64,000 nt of DNA from a virus. The stretch covers positions 11,584 through 75,583 of IMG/VR virus record IMGVR_UViG_3300042154_000876. One strand, written 5' to 3'. The position numbers and the translations under genes were made by a program. Below the pieces are notes generated by a model that worked only from the letters and a program-made list of their open reading frames with translations, was not told the origin of the DNA and ran no database searches. Shown here one piece after another: positions 20,401-29,140 of the stretch. Each line of letters opens with the position of its first letter. Position 1 is the stretch's first letter.

Positions 20401-21966
20401 TTCGATAACCCACGACTGAAGAAAGCTACCCCGCTGACAGTTGATGACAATGGCCGTGTATATGGCCACATCGCCTCATGGGACACCAACCACATTGGTC
20501 TAGCTTATGGCACTAAACCTCCTCGTAGTCGTAGCAACTACGGTTACTTCCACACCGGTGTTTGCCGCGCCGACGATGGTTCAGATGTTCCAGTAGGTCA
20601 GCTAACTCTTGCTGGCGGACACGCTTCTCTAGAGGCTTCTGCCATGGAAGCGGTCAAGCACTACGACGACACTGGCTCTGCAATCGCAGACGTTCACGCT
20701 GGTGAAGATGCTTACGGCATCTGGGTATCTGGAGCATTACGTCCATCCGCTCAGCCTGAACAGATCCGCGCACTACGCGCATCTGCTCCTTCAGGTGACT
20801 GGCGACCAATCCGCGGTGGGCTTGAGCTTGTTGCAGTTTGTCAGGTAAACGTTCCTGGATTCCCAATCGCTCGCGCTCGTGTTGCTTCTGGTGCTGTTAT
20901 GGCTCTAGTTGCTGCAGGTGCCGCCACTCTAGCTAAACTAAAGGCTGATCCTGTTGCCGAAATGCAGGCTCGAATCAGCAAGCTGGAGCGAATCACTACT
21001 CCGAAAGAAGAACTTGAAGCCCGTGTAGCGTCTCTCAAGGCTAAGGTTGACGAAGCCAAGACCGAGTTTGGCTACATCTCTCGTGATGAGCGTATGAAGT
21101 TGGCTGAAGAAGGCAAAGCCTTAGACGACGGCTCTTACCCGATCCGTGACGTTGAAGACCTTAAAAACGCTATTCAAGCTTACGGTCGTTCGAAAGAGTC
21201 AGACCGCGCTAAAGTTCGCAAGCACATTGAAAAGCGTGCTCGTAAGCTAAACGTCCGTCACCTAGTTCCCGAAGAGTGGAAGACAGCTGCATCTGATGCT
21301 GTCACTGCAAGTGCTGAAGACCTGAAGTCTCGTCTACTTGCGGCTCAGGAGGCCCTGGGAAAAACCTTCGCGGTTGAGGACATGATTCCTGAAGAAGAAG
21401 TAGTAGACCAGATTGTTGAAGACATTGAAGACGGTGCTCCAGCAGTAAGAGGATACAAATTCACTCCAGGAAAGAATCAACCGCGTGACATAGAGGGACG
21501 CTTCCGTCAGGTTCTAGCTCGCTTGAGCCAAGACCTAGGCGACTCCGGTCTACAGGATGTAGTAGAAAAGATTAAAGAAGTAGAAAACATCACAGGTCTT
21601 GGTGACTACTCGGATGCGGCTAAGGCCGGCAGCGAGCTTCTAAACATTCTGGACCGACTAGACGAAGGCTCCCTAAACAAAGTTTCACTAGAGAATGTAC
21701 GTTCAACGGCTGCAGAGCTTGGCAAAGTAATCTCTAATCTACCGCTACCTTTTACCAACCAAGCGCAAAAGGTACGCTTCTCAGATCTTCCTCCAGCACT
21801 TAAAGACCTTATGGAAAATATGGTCGAGAGGGTGGAGAAGAAAATAGGTAAAGATGACGCAGCTGAGGCTACGGAAGAACTGAAGGGCTTTATGTCCGGA
21901 AGTGACCTCTATAGCCAATCGGACATCTCTTCGCAGATGGCTCGAATGCTACGCCTACTTACCTAA
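17464..21966 (+). CDS. Capsid maturation protease multidomain protein
   Basis: Directly upstream of capsid gene; protease-like domain GHDGS..VGRI..GISAD..ATIVPKPAF and a second domain GGHA..GIWVSG..SGDWR..VNVPGFP; extra head-associated modules. Confidence 0.8.
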   Translation: MSDSEKDPMYLGNSGSLALFALGEKAVVIDTTHNLVVKSGTVSELSASNDWDESSSEQSAVSLELASASLIDLDIKVVTAGGSSRMYTIPKGAKAEAEKALEWRKEEKRGGTPVGLNTARTLARGGQIGIEKVRHIAKYFPRHEVDKKGKGWRPGEDNFPSNGRIAWALWGGDVAWRWAQAIVEREDKKPRTASVAGPDLESFNKAMNLDYASAPEFLVRVRMDGSGIDRLYKVDLDGSIYVWDDGCWDDLGSIQGDVYVYDKALDDPYDLVEKAHVPIDPDSAIIVAAKQHQSPDRYISVAEIDAEEAALTMFAANELDWKFIDYTMTAAGVNPTDNIYSPEERSQNATAQRRNTGGRFAPQGSKSGASAQPNAVGSQGGQLEDSLPLTDFDQPLDVSGILGEPRTPIDQPYAQLDGTLPAMTKDDLHDVLYNWPAWVQEQRSSFKPLAAAGSEEEKPEETEEPEDEEVYNHPLLKRWRLNTKRRKDDQPNSDWASPIVAAPVASKSEAVKSKKLTPETSDVKPLYFAVVAEDDPRAVLDLISIVPASSTSNSPMAYKRDKGKWVRDEATINDLKSATPPPVIPLDSKTLNEVLLQVDDATMTASGVFSVDHLLMVLWGPQQEIIDTYGDAFFEVVDKNNDFDANLKAVFSVVAAGGLDRNRGQAEKLRKYWTVGKGAAKIRWGMGGDWSRCVKNLSKYMGPRSKGYCALRHKEMNGVWTGDKRHRQVYGRKKGGSRGLFSTEYINSTAQTIDNALIAAKADDARERFGIVATGLPENGSKFYIPLLIPEGMESGDGRKFKKGSITWRDLPLPLLWQIKTADGHDGSVVVGRIDSIERVEDGLGNAYGMFDTGAYGREAERLVRNGFIRGISADMDQFEATEEKEDVSPENSEKDDKHVGKKKITINKARVMAATIVPKPAFQECSITLIEGGLPTTQEDTMIPDGIYVDDVDAADAEALVACGMVAGAIPVVPPREWFDNPRLKKATPLTVDDNGRVYGHIASWDTNHIGLAYGTKPPRSRSNYGYFHTGVCRADDGSDVPVGQLTLAGGHASLEASAMEAVKHYDDTGSAIADVHAGEDAYGIWVSGALRPSAQPEQIRALRASAPSGDWRPIRGGLELVAVCQVNVPGFPIARARVASGAVMALVAAGAATLAKLKADPVAEMQARISKLERITTPKEELEARVASLKAKVDEAKTEFGYISRDERMKLAEEGKALDDGSYPIRDVEDLKNAIQAYGRSKESDRAKVRKHIEKRARKLNVRHLVPEEWKTAASDAVTASAEDLKSRLLAAQEALGKTFAVEDMIPEEEVVDQIVEDIEDGAPAVRGYKFTPGKNQPRDIEGRFRQVLARLSQDLGDSGLQDVVEKIKEVENITGLGDYSDAAKAGSELLNILDRLDEGSLNKVSLENVRSTAAELGKVISNLPLPFTNQAQKVRFSDLPPALKDLMENMVERVEKKIGKDDAAEATEELKGFMSGSDLYSQSDISSQMARMLRLLT

Positions 21967-22000
21967 AATCAACAAAACAAAAACAATGTACAATTGTTTA

Positions 22001-22097
22001 TAGGTGGAGTGCCTTCATGCGCCCGTGCATGTAGTCCCTTTACCTTGACCCAAGCGGTGGGAGAAGTACTCCCACTCAACTGTCCTTAGGAGGATCA
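22001..22097 (+). promoter_or_regulatory. Structured 5' leader and RBS of major capsid gene
   Basis: TACAAT at 21989-21994; stems 22002-09/22038-45, 22016-20/22027-31, 22057-63/22069-75; AGGAGG 22088-93. Confidence 0.5.
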
Positions 22098-24137
22098 GTG
22101 GACCAGATCAAGTCGCAGGTTGATAGCCTGTCTGAGCTGAACGACGAACAAGTCGCAGCTCTACAAGAAGCTATCGTAGGCGAGTTTGAATCGTTCGAGT
22201 CCCAGGAGACTTCTGTCGAGTCAGTTGACGCTATGACAACCCTAGCCGATATGCTGGACACCGTCAAAGGTGAAGTTCAGCGCCGCGAGGCAGCTATGCA
22301 GGAGCTCACATCTCGAGCTGCTGAAGCTGCAATGCGTGTAAAGGGCGAGGATGTCCAGGAGGATGGCATGGAGGAAGAAATTCCTGCCGAGCCAGCCGAA
22401 GACATGCCTATGGAAGAAGATGGCGAAATGCCTGAAGCTCCAGAGGTAGTTGAAGAAGCTCCTGCAGAAGAGGACGAGGAAAAGAAGAAGAAAGACATGA
22501 AGTCTTATTCCACCACCGAGTCTGCTGACGCGTCTACTACTGCGATCGAAGGTTCTGAGTTTTCGAACGAAGAAGAAATCGCTGCTGAAACTGTAGTTGA
22601 GGAAGCTGTGGCTGAAGAGCCAGCTGCTGACGAAGCTGTTGAAGAAGCAACCCCAACAGAAGCTGTAGAGCTTTCTGTTGAAACCGAAGAAACCACCGTG
22701 GTTTCGGAGGAGGTCGTTGAGACCGAAGCTGAAGTTGAGACAGAGTTCTCGGCAGAAGCAGAAACAATTGAAACCGATAACGCTCTAGTAGTAGAGCAGG
22801 AAGAGCAGGCCCCCGTGACCGCCGCAGCAGAACAGCCTTTCGAGGCCCCAGCTGACCGTCAGCCTGTACTCCAGGTTTCGGAGCCAGCTAAGGTAGCAAT
22901 TACCGCTGGTGCCGACATTCCTGGCTACACCGCTGGCAGCACCATCAATGACATGTACGAAGTAGCTTCGGCTATGGAAAAGCGTATCCACTCGCTTCGT
23001 CGTGTTAACGGTGGAGATGGAGAGCAGCACATCGTTGCTTCCCTAACCACTCAGTACCCAGAGGAGCGCACCCTCGGAACCAACCCAGAAGAGAACCAGG
23101 CTAAGATTGATGCCGTTGTAGGCCAGGAAGCACTTGTTGCTTCTGGTGGTCACGCTGCACCATTCGAGGTTAAGTACGACATCTACGGTATTGGTTCGAC
23201 TACTGTCCGCCCACTTCGCGACTCGCTTCCGAAGTTCCAGGCTGACCGTGGTGGTGTACGCTTCGTAACCCCACCTAGCTTTGCAGCTGGTACCTACGAC
23301 AACGCTGTTAGCGTATGGACCTCAGCAAACGACTCAGCTGAAACTCCTAGCCCAGCAGCTAAGAGCTCGTTGACCGTTACTGCCGCTGCCGAGCAGACCG
23401 CTCAGACTGACGCTGTAACCTTGCAGCTACAGTTCGGTAACCTAATGACCCGTGCCTACCCAGAGCTAATCTCTCGTCACAACGAGCTAGCTCTAGTTCA
23501 GCACGCTCGTGAGGCTGAAGAGTACCTAGTAAGCAAGATCAACTCAGGTTCGACTGCTGTTACAACCACCAACCTAATCGGTTTTGGTCGTGACTTCCTA
23601 GTTCAGATCCGCCGCGCTGCAGTTGCTTACCGTAGCCGTCACCGCATCGACCCAAGCACTCAGCTACAGGCTGTAATTCCTTTCTGGGTGTACGATGCTA
23701 TGGCTGCTGACCTAACCCTATCGATGCCTGGTGACGGAACCCTTTCGGTTGCTAAGTCAGAAATCGACGGTTACCTATCGCACAGCAACGTTACCATCAC
23801 CCCTGTTATGGACAACACAAACAGCACTTCGCCTTCTTCGGTCTTTGGATCGCAGTCGGCTGCAGCTCTGCTTGAGTTCCCAGACAGCTTCAAGTGGTTC
23901 CTATTCGCTGAGGGTACATTCTTGTTCCTCGACGGTGGTACTCTTGACCTAGGTATCATCCGCGACAGCACACTAGTCGGTACAAACGACTACAAGATGT
24001 TCATCGAAACCTTCGAAGGTATCGCAAAGGTAGGTATCGAGTCTCTCGCTATCACCTCGACCATCTCGATCAACGGTGTTGCTGCTGCACTACGCGACAC
24101 CACAGGCAACACTGCTGCCGCTACTATCGAGCTCTAA
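22098..24137 (+). CDS. Major capsid (hexamer-type) protein with acidic N-terminal scaffold-like region
   Basis: GTG with AGGAGG; LVASGG..APFEVKYD, RGGVRF, LDLGIIRDS..NDY motifs resembling cluster-B actinophage capsids; high-expression codon usage. Confidence 0.88.
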   Translation: MDQIKSQVDSLSELNDEQVAALQEAIVGEFESFESQETSVESVDAMTTLADMLDTVKGEVQRREAAMQELTSRAAEAAMRVKGEDVQEDGMEEEIPAEPAEDMPMEEDGEMPEAPEVVEEAPAEEDEEKKKKDMKSYSTTESADASTTAIEGSEFSNEEEIAAETVVEEAVAEEPAADEAVEEATPTEAVELSVETEETTVVSEEVVETEAEVETEFSAEAETIETDNALVVEQEEQAPVTAAAEQPFEAPADRQPVLQVSEPAKVAITAGADIPGYTAGSTINDMYEVASAMEKRIHSLRRVNGGDGEQHIVASLTTQYPEERTLGTNPEENQAKIDAVVGQEALVASGGHAAPFEVKYDIYGIGSTTVRPLRDSLPKFQADRGGVRFVTPPSFAAGTYDNAVSVWTSANDSAETPSPAAKSSLTVTAAAEQTAQTDAVTLQLQFGNLMTRAYPELISRHNELALVQHAREAEEYLVSKINSGSTAVTTTNLIGFGRDFLVQIRRAAVAYRSRHRIDPSTQLQAVIPFWVYDAMAADLTLSMPGDGTLSVAKSEIDGYLSHSNVTITPVMDNTNSTSPSSVFGSQSAAALLEFPDSFKWFLFAEGTFLFLDGGTLDLGIIRDSTLVGTNDYKMFIETFEGIAKVGIESLAITSTISINGVAAALRDTTGNTAAATIEL

Positions 24138-24161
24138 GCCTTAGTAGAAATAGCAGTATCG

Positions 24162-24192
24162 TTGAGGGGGGCCCGGAAACGGGTCCCCCAAT
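24162..24192 (+). terminator. GC-rich hairpin after capsid gene (terminator or 3' stabiliser)
   Basis: GGGGGGCCCG-GAAA-CGGGTCCCCC; no U tract. Confidence 0.55.
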
Positions 24193-24230
24193 ACGAAATC
24201 AAATAGACTTTTAAACTTTAAGGATCAGAA

Positions 24231-25316
24231 GTGGCTCTTCCAAAGAACGGTGTTATCGAAGCACCGAAGATTGTGCCTTCGGCATTTGGCCTACTCGCTG
24301 TAGTTGACACAACTACAGCTGAAGAAAATCGTTGGATCCGTGGTTTCTCTCAGGAATGGGAAACAGACCTATACGCTCTCTACAACGTAGATGACACCGA
24401 TGGTACCGAGATCCAGCTTGCTGGTGCAGGTAACGTAAACTACTACGACGAAATCAAACCTTTCTTTGTTGAGGTCCAAGAAGACCGTTCAACTTTTGCT
24501 TTTCTAGGTCTTGACCGCCTAGAGCGAATCAAGCGTCAGTGTGACGCTGCCACCCAGCGCGCTGTTGAAGAAGAGCTTTGGGATGGAGCCATTCGCATTG
24601 GCGAGTCTCACGGAAACCGCGCACTAGTTTCTTCGGGCGTGTCAGTATTGGATGGTACTGGACTTTCAGCAAAGCGTGCTTTGGCTATCCTTGAGCACGG
24701 AATTGCATCTGCTTCTCACGCAGGCGAGCAAGGCATTATCCACGCTACCCGCGACATTGTTGCACTACTTTCAAGCAACTCAAACATGCTTTTCCACGAG
24801 AAGGAAAAAGACCACCTACAGACCATGGGCGGCACTCCTGTTGTCGTAGGCTCTGGTTATACTGGAAACGGTCCTCGCATTGATGCTGCCACTGCAACCA
24901 TCTCGAGCAGCACAACACTAACCATTAACACCTCTGCTGCTCACTACCTTCTAGCTGGAGACACAGTTACGTACTCAGTTGTTGGTGCAAATATCAACCA
25001 AACCGGTACCGGCACTGTTGCCACTAAGGTCGACGCTGACACAATTACAATCACGATTTCAAGTACCACTAACCGTACTCAAGAAGCGGTTACTGGCTAC
25101 GTGCAGATGGTAGGAACCAACTCTGCAAAATGGATTTACGCTACTGGCACCGTCCGAGTATTCCTCGGTGATGTCGATATCGTAAACGACAGTCTAAGCC
25201 AAGCTTACGACGTGTCGGGTAACGCGAATGACATGCGTGTTAAAGCAATCCGCCCTGCTGCGGCTTTCTTTGACACATCCATCCACCTAGCTGTTCGGGT
25301 CGACCTAACAGCCTAA
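24231..25316 (+). CDS. Second capsid protein (pentamer/minor capsid-like) with inserted beta-barrel module
   Basis: Position after MCP; FGLL, LE..IA..GIIHA, GTPVVVGSGY, WIYATG motifs. Confidence 0.65.
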   Translation: MALPKNGVIEAPKIVPSAFGLLAVVDTTTAEENRWIRGFSQEWETDLYALYNVDDTDGTEIQLAGAGNVNYYDEIKPFFVEVQEDRSTFAFLGLDRLERIKRQCDAATQRAVEEELWDGAIRIGESHGNRALVSSGVSVLDGTGLSAKRALAILEHGIASASHAGEQGIIHATRDIVALLSSNSNMLFHEKEKDHLQTMGGTPVVVGSGYTGNGPRIDAATATISSSTTLTINTSAAHYLLAGDTVTYSVVGANINQTGTGTVATKVDADTITITISSTTNRTQEAVTGYVQMVGTNSAKWIYATGTVRVFLGDVDIVNDSLSQAYDVSGNANDMRVKAIRPAAAFFDTSIHLAVRVDLTA

Positions 25317-25334
25317 CCTAAGGAGAATAGCTTT

Positions 25335-26423
25335 ATGGCTACTCAAGAATATGCAGCCAGCATTCAGGGTGTGTCGATCCGCGTCACTCGTCTGAACGCC
25401 GACGGCTCACTAAGCACAACTGCAGGCGACAGTTACGTAACTTCCGCCTTCATGCGTGTATCTTTCACCCCAGAGTATGAAGAGGGCGACGAGATCACAG
25501 AAAAGAACGCTAACGGCGTTGTTTGTGTGACCTACAAGTCTCCAGACACTCTAAAGCGTATCACCATGGAACTTGCTATCTGTGAACCAGATGCAGAACT
25601 TAGCAACCTAATCTCGGGCGGTCTACTTCTTCGCAAGAACCTAGGCACCTACGCAAACCCAAACAACAAGTCAATCGGTTGGGCCGCTCCAGGCGTTGGC
25701 GATGACCCTGCTGGTTTCGGTGTTGCTATCGAAGCTTGGTCACACGCTATCAAGGACGGTAAGAAGAGCTCGACTCTTCCTTACTTCCACTGGGTATTCC
25801 CATACGCTAAGCTCCGCCAGTCGGGCGACCGCGTAATCGAAAACGGTATGCTTGCAACTACATTCGAAGGCTACGGCCTTGGAAACGTTGAGTTCGGTTC
25901 GGGTCCTGACGGCCGCTGGGAGTTCCCAGTTGCTTCAGAGCGTCCTTACTCTTACGCACGTACCACTTGGGCTCCAGTTGGTCTAAACGGTTTCTACACT
26001 TGGACCGATGGCTCAGCTACCGACGAGTTCGTTGTCACCAACATTGCTCTTACCAGCAACGTTGCCACCCTTACCTACACCGGTTCGGCTAACGCCATCT
26101 CCGTTGGTGACCAGATTCTGGTTTCGGGTATCGATGAGACATTCAACACCGTTGGTGCTAGCTACGTAACTGTGTCGGCTCGTACAAGCAACACCCTCAG
26201 CTACGCTAAGGTTGCTAATGCTGTTAGCTCGACTGCTGCTCCTACTGGTGCTGCAGTTACAGTTATCAACCCGATTGCTGCTGAAGCCCCTGCCTACACC
26301 GCAGTCACTGACTTCAGTGCTCAGGGCTCTGGTACGGCATACAACGTTCCTGGTAACGTCAACTTCAACGCTGACAACACCGTGGACCGTATTATCGCTT
26401 CTAACGAAGACCCAACTGCTTAA
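25335..26423 (+). CDS. Major tail (tube) protein
   Basis: IRVTRL..G, EEGDEITEKNANG..C motifs; AAGGAG RBS; synteny. Confidence 0.85.
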   Translation: MATQEYAASIQGVSIRVTRLNADGSLSTTAGDSYVTSAFMRVSFTPEYEEGDEITEKNANGVVCVTYKSPDTLKRITMELAICEPDAELSNLISGGLLLRKNLGTYANPNNKSIGWAAPGVGDDPAGFGVAIEAWSHAIKDGKKSSTLPYFHWVFPYAKLRQSGDRVIENGMLATTFEGYGLGNVEFGSGPDGRWEFPVASERPYSYARTTWAPVGLNGFYTWTDGSATDEFVVTNIALTSNVATLTYTGSANAISVGDQILVSGIDETFNTVGASYVTVSARTSNTLSYAKVANAVSSTAAPTGAAVTVINPIAAEAPAYTAVTDFSAQGSGTAYNVPGNVNFNADNTVDRIIASNEDPTA

Positions 26424-26440
26424 TAGCAGAAACTGATGAA

Positions 26441-26481
26441 GGCGGCGTGCCTTGGTGTGCGAGACATGCCAGCACGCCGCC
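26441..26481 (+). terminator. Hairpin after major tail gene
   Basis: GGCGGCGTGC..GCACGCCGCC with inner stem. Confidence 0.55.
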
Positions 26482-26507
26482 AGATTCATATCTAGGAAGA
26501 AAGACTT

Positions 26508-27620
26508 ATGGGAACTGCACTATGGATCCAGCCGAGTGAGCTGGGTAGTTATGCAAACACTGAGTTCGCTCAGGAGGCTTGCGAGACTGCGTCATTCCTA
26601 CTCTGGGCAATGTCTGGTCGTAAGTATACTGGCGAAGTCACTGTAACTGAGCGTTACGTCTGTGCTAAGCGCGCTTACCGCATGGGGCCTTCTTCCAAAA
26701 ACTACTATGGCGTTCTTATTGCCGGTGAAGTTTACAATATCCCGATTACCGACTTCCAGGAATACGCTGAGTTGGTTTCGGATGGCCTCTCTCCCGAGTC
26801 CCGCATTAGATTGCGCGGTCGTCCTGTAACTAAGATCCACACTGTACGCACCCGTGACGGCCGTATTCTTGATCCAAGCAGCTACTATCTAGTAGACCAC
26901 TCCACTCTTCAGGCTGCCGCCGGAGTTCCTTGGACTCCTTGTAACGTTGAGATCACCTACACCTACGGCTCTACTATCCCTGCTTCTGGCAAGATGGCTG
27001 CTCGTACTCTTGCTATGGAGTTTGCAAAGCTTTGGGCTGGAGACGAAGATTGTGCCCTGCCCCAGCGCGTAACATCCATTTCTCGCCAGGGCGTATCCTA
27101 CACACTTCTAGACTCCCAGGACTTCATTGACGACGTCCGCACCGGACTCTACGCAGTTGACCTTTTCCTAAAGACCGTAAACCCAGACAAGGCTCGCGCT
27201 AAGTCTCGTGTCTTCTCGCCTGACGTTCCTCGCGCTCGCCGCTACACCCCGAAGAGTTTGGCTCTAGCAGCTAACGCAAACTTTGACATAAGTGTTGTCA
27301 AAACTACGGCTGCTTCGTGGACCTCGGTTGGCAAAGTTGGGGCCGACGTTTCCATCTTCTTCGATGAGGCCGGTTGGACTCCACTTCTAACTATTAGAAA
27401 CAACTCTGGAAATAAGGCTTTAGATATTGACTCTAGCTACGTAACAACTAACGTCGCTGCAGAGTCTGTGTCTTTCAGCGTCACATACGATGACGCTTAC
27501 AAAACACTGGGAATGGTTGACCCAGGCACATGGACCCTATACGCGACAAAGACCGTTGGTGGTATTGAGACCGTATCGGAGCTTGAAACTGGTAACCTCC
27601 AGATCAAGTTGTACAACTAG
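26508..27620 (+). CDS. Head-to-tail adaptor
   Basis: LLWAMSGRKY, C.LPQRVTSISRQGVS, TGL..VD.F motifs; synteny. Confidence 0.8.
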   Translation: MGTALWIQPSELGSYANTEFAQEACETASFLLWAMSGRKYTGEVTVTERYVCAKRAYRMGPSSKNYYGVLIAGEVYNIPITDFQEYAELVSDGLSPESRIRLRGRPVTKIHTVRTRDGRILDPSSYYLVDHSTLQAAAGVPWTPCNVEITYTYGSTIPASGKMAARTLAMEFAKLWAGDEDCALPQRVTSISRQGVSYTLLDSQDFIDDVRTGLYAVDLFLKTVNPDKARAKSRVFSPDVPRARRYTPKSLALAANANFDISVVKTTAASWTSVGKVGADVSIFFDEAGWTPLLTIRNNSGNKALDIDSSYVTTNVAAESVSFSVTYDDAYKTLGMVDPGTWTLYATKTVGGIETVSELETGNLQIKLYN

Positions 27621-27636
27621 GAAAGATAGGTAAGTA

Positions 27637-27834
27637 ATGTCAGGAATTCAGACAAACTTCCGTGCAGAAGACATGCTTGGTGGTGCAAAGCAGGAGGTTG
27701 TAGCCCCTAAGAAGGTTGCTGCTCCGAAGGTTGCCCCTAAGAAGGTCGAAGCTGTAGTAGAGGCTCCTGTAGTAGAAGAGGTCGTTGTACCTGTTGCTGC
27801 TGAAGAGCCAGCTGCTGAAGAAGCCGGAGAATAA
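27637..27834 (+). CDS. Small low-complexity protein (APKKV repeats, acidic tail)
   Basis: Fills gap in operon, phage-like codon usage. Confidence 0.7.
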   Translation: MSGIQTNFRAEDMLGGAKQEVVAPKKVAAPKVAPKKVEAVVEAPVVEEVVVPVAAEEPAAEEAGE

Positions 27835-27839
27835 CCAAA

Positions 27840-28346
27840 ATGGCGATGGCAGTGGATATTAGTGACATCCATGAGGATGCTCTCAATCTGAGAGATATGA
27901 TGAACGGAATACTTGAAAAGGTATGCTCCGTTTTTCAGTCATATAATATTCCACTGCCTAATCGTCGTTACTGGACAATGGGGACCCCTGTTGTCGACTG
28001 TGATCAGGTCGTGGTCTCCCTAAACTCCCTATACCTAGGCGCTCCAGGCTCTCCAGTAAGTGAGCCTATGCGTTGTAACATGCCTAGAACCGCAACTGTT
28101 ACTATCAGTATTGCTCGCGGTGTCCCTGTTGTTGGCGTTAACGGACGTCCGCCATCAGCAGAAAAAATTGAAGAAGCTTCTTACATCTCGTCCATCGACG
28201 CCTGGGTTCTAATGATGTCCCTAAACTTATTTGACCAGTGGGACGATGGAAGCTACGGACTTGGTGTTATTGCCAACGTTGACGTACTTGAGCCCGAGGG
28301 CGGATTTCAGATTGTCAGCATGGAGCTTACGCTGGCGGTGCCATAG
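27840..28346 (+). CDS. Putative tail terminator/neck protein
   Basis: Synteny; DC.Q..V, PEGG motifs. Confidence 0.55.
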   Translation: MAMAVDISDIHEDALNLRDMMNGILEKVCSVFQSYNIPLPNRRYWTMGTPVVDCDQVVVSLNSLYLGAPGSPVSEPMRCNMPRTATVTISIARGVPVVGVNGRPPSAEKIEEASYISSIDAWVLMMSLNLFDQWDDGSYGLGVIANVDVLEPEGGFQIVSMELTLAVP

Positions 28347-28768
28347 TGGCTAAGGTGAGAATGCAGATCAATACGAGAGTATTGGATCGAGTACTAAACA
28401 ACCCTAAAGGTGAGCTGGGCGTAGAGCTATACAAAAGAGCTAAACGTATGGCTCGCCACGCAAAGAATCAAGCTCCGATTGGGAGCGGTCCAACGGCCGG
28501 AAGACTTAAAAGGTCTATCAAGGTCTATCGTCACGAACGCTACACTAAGGGCCAGACTATACGAATAGGTACATCTGTCTCGTATGCGCCTTATGTCCAC
28601 GAGGGCACTAGACCCCACTTAATCTTGCCTAAGAATCCCGCTGGTGCTTTGAAGTTCGTGCCGAAGGGCGGAACCATGGTTATTGTTACCAAACGAGTCA
28701 AACATCCTGGATCTCGTCCGAATCGCTTCCTCACGGATAATGTAAAATATATATATCTGCCTGGATAG
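28346..28768 (+). CDS. HK97 gp10-like tail completion protein
   Basis: AP..GRLKRSI, YAPYVHEGTRPH, HPG..PNRFL. Confidence 0.8.
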   Translation: MAKVRMQINTRVLDRVLNNPKGELGVELYKRAKRMARHAKNQAPIGSGPTAGRLKRSIKVYRHERYTKGQTIRIGTSVSYAPYVHEGTRPHLILPKNPAGALKFVPKGGTMVIVTKRVKHPGSRPNRFLTDNVKYIYLPG

Positions 28769-28804
28769 TCCGGGTTGATTGTCTATTAGGAAGAAAATAC
28801 AAAG

Positions 28805-29140
28805 ATGGCTAGATTCAAAGATTTCGGCTCGGGCGATAGCGCCAATGCTGAACCAATCGTATTCAAACTTTATGGTGAAGAGTTCACCTGTATCCCGTCG
28901 ATCCAGGGCAAGGTTTTGCTAGAGATCGTTTCGGACTCAGCGTCGGATGACGTTGTAAAGTCTAGTGCAGTAACTCTGCGCTTTTTCCGCAGTGTCCTTA
29001 ACCACGACAGCATGGTTCGTTTCGACGCATTGCTAGACAGCAAGGAAACTGTTGTATCTCTTGAAACACTGACTGATATCTCAGCTTGGTTGATCGAGGA
29101 GTACACAAGCCGCCCGGAAGCGCAGCCAGAGGCCTCCTAG
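28805..29140 (+). CDS. Tail assembly chaperone (G-like)
   Basis: Two ORFs before tape measure; ends EEYTSRP. Confidence 0.75.
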   Translation: MARFKDFGSGDSANAEPIVFKLYGEEFTCIPSIQGKVLLEIVSDSASDDVVKSSAVTLRFFRSVLNHDSMVRFDALLDSKETVVSLETLTDISAWLIEEYTSRPEAQPEAS

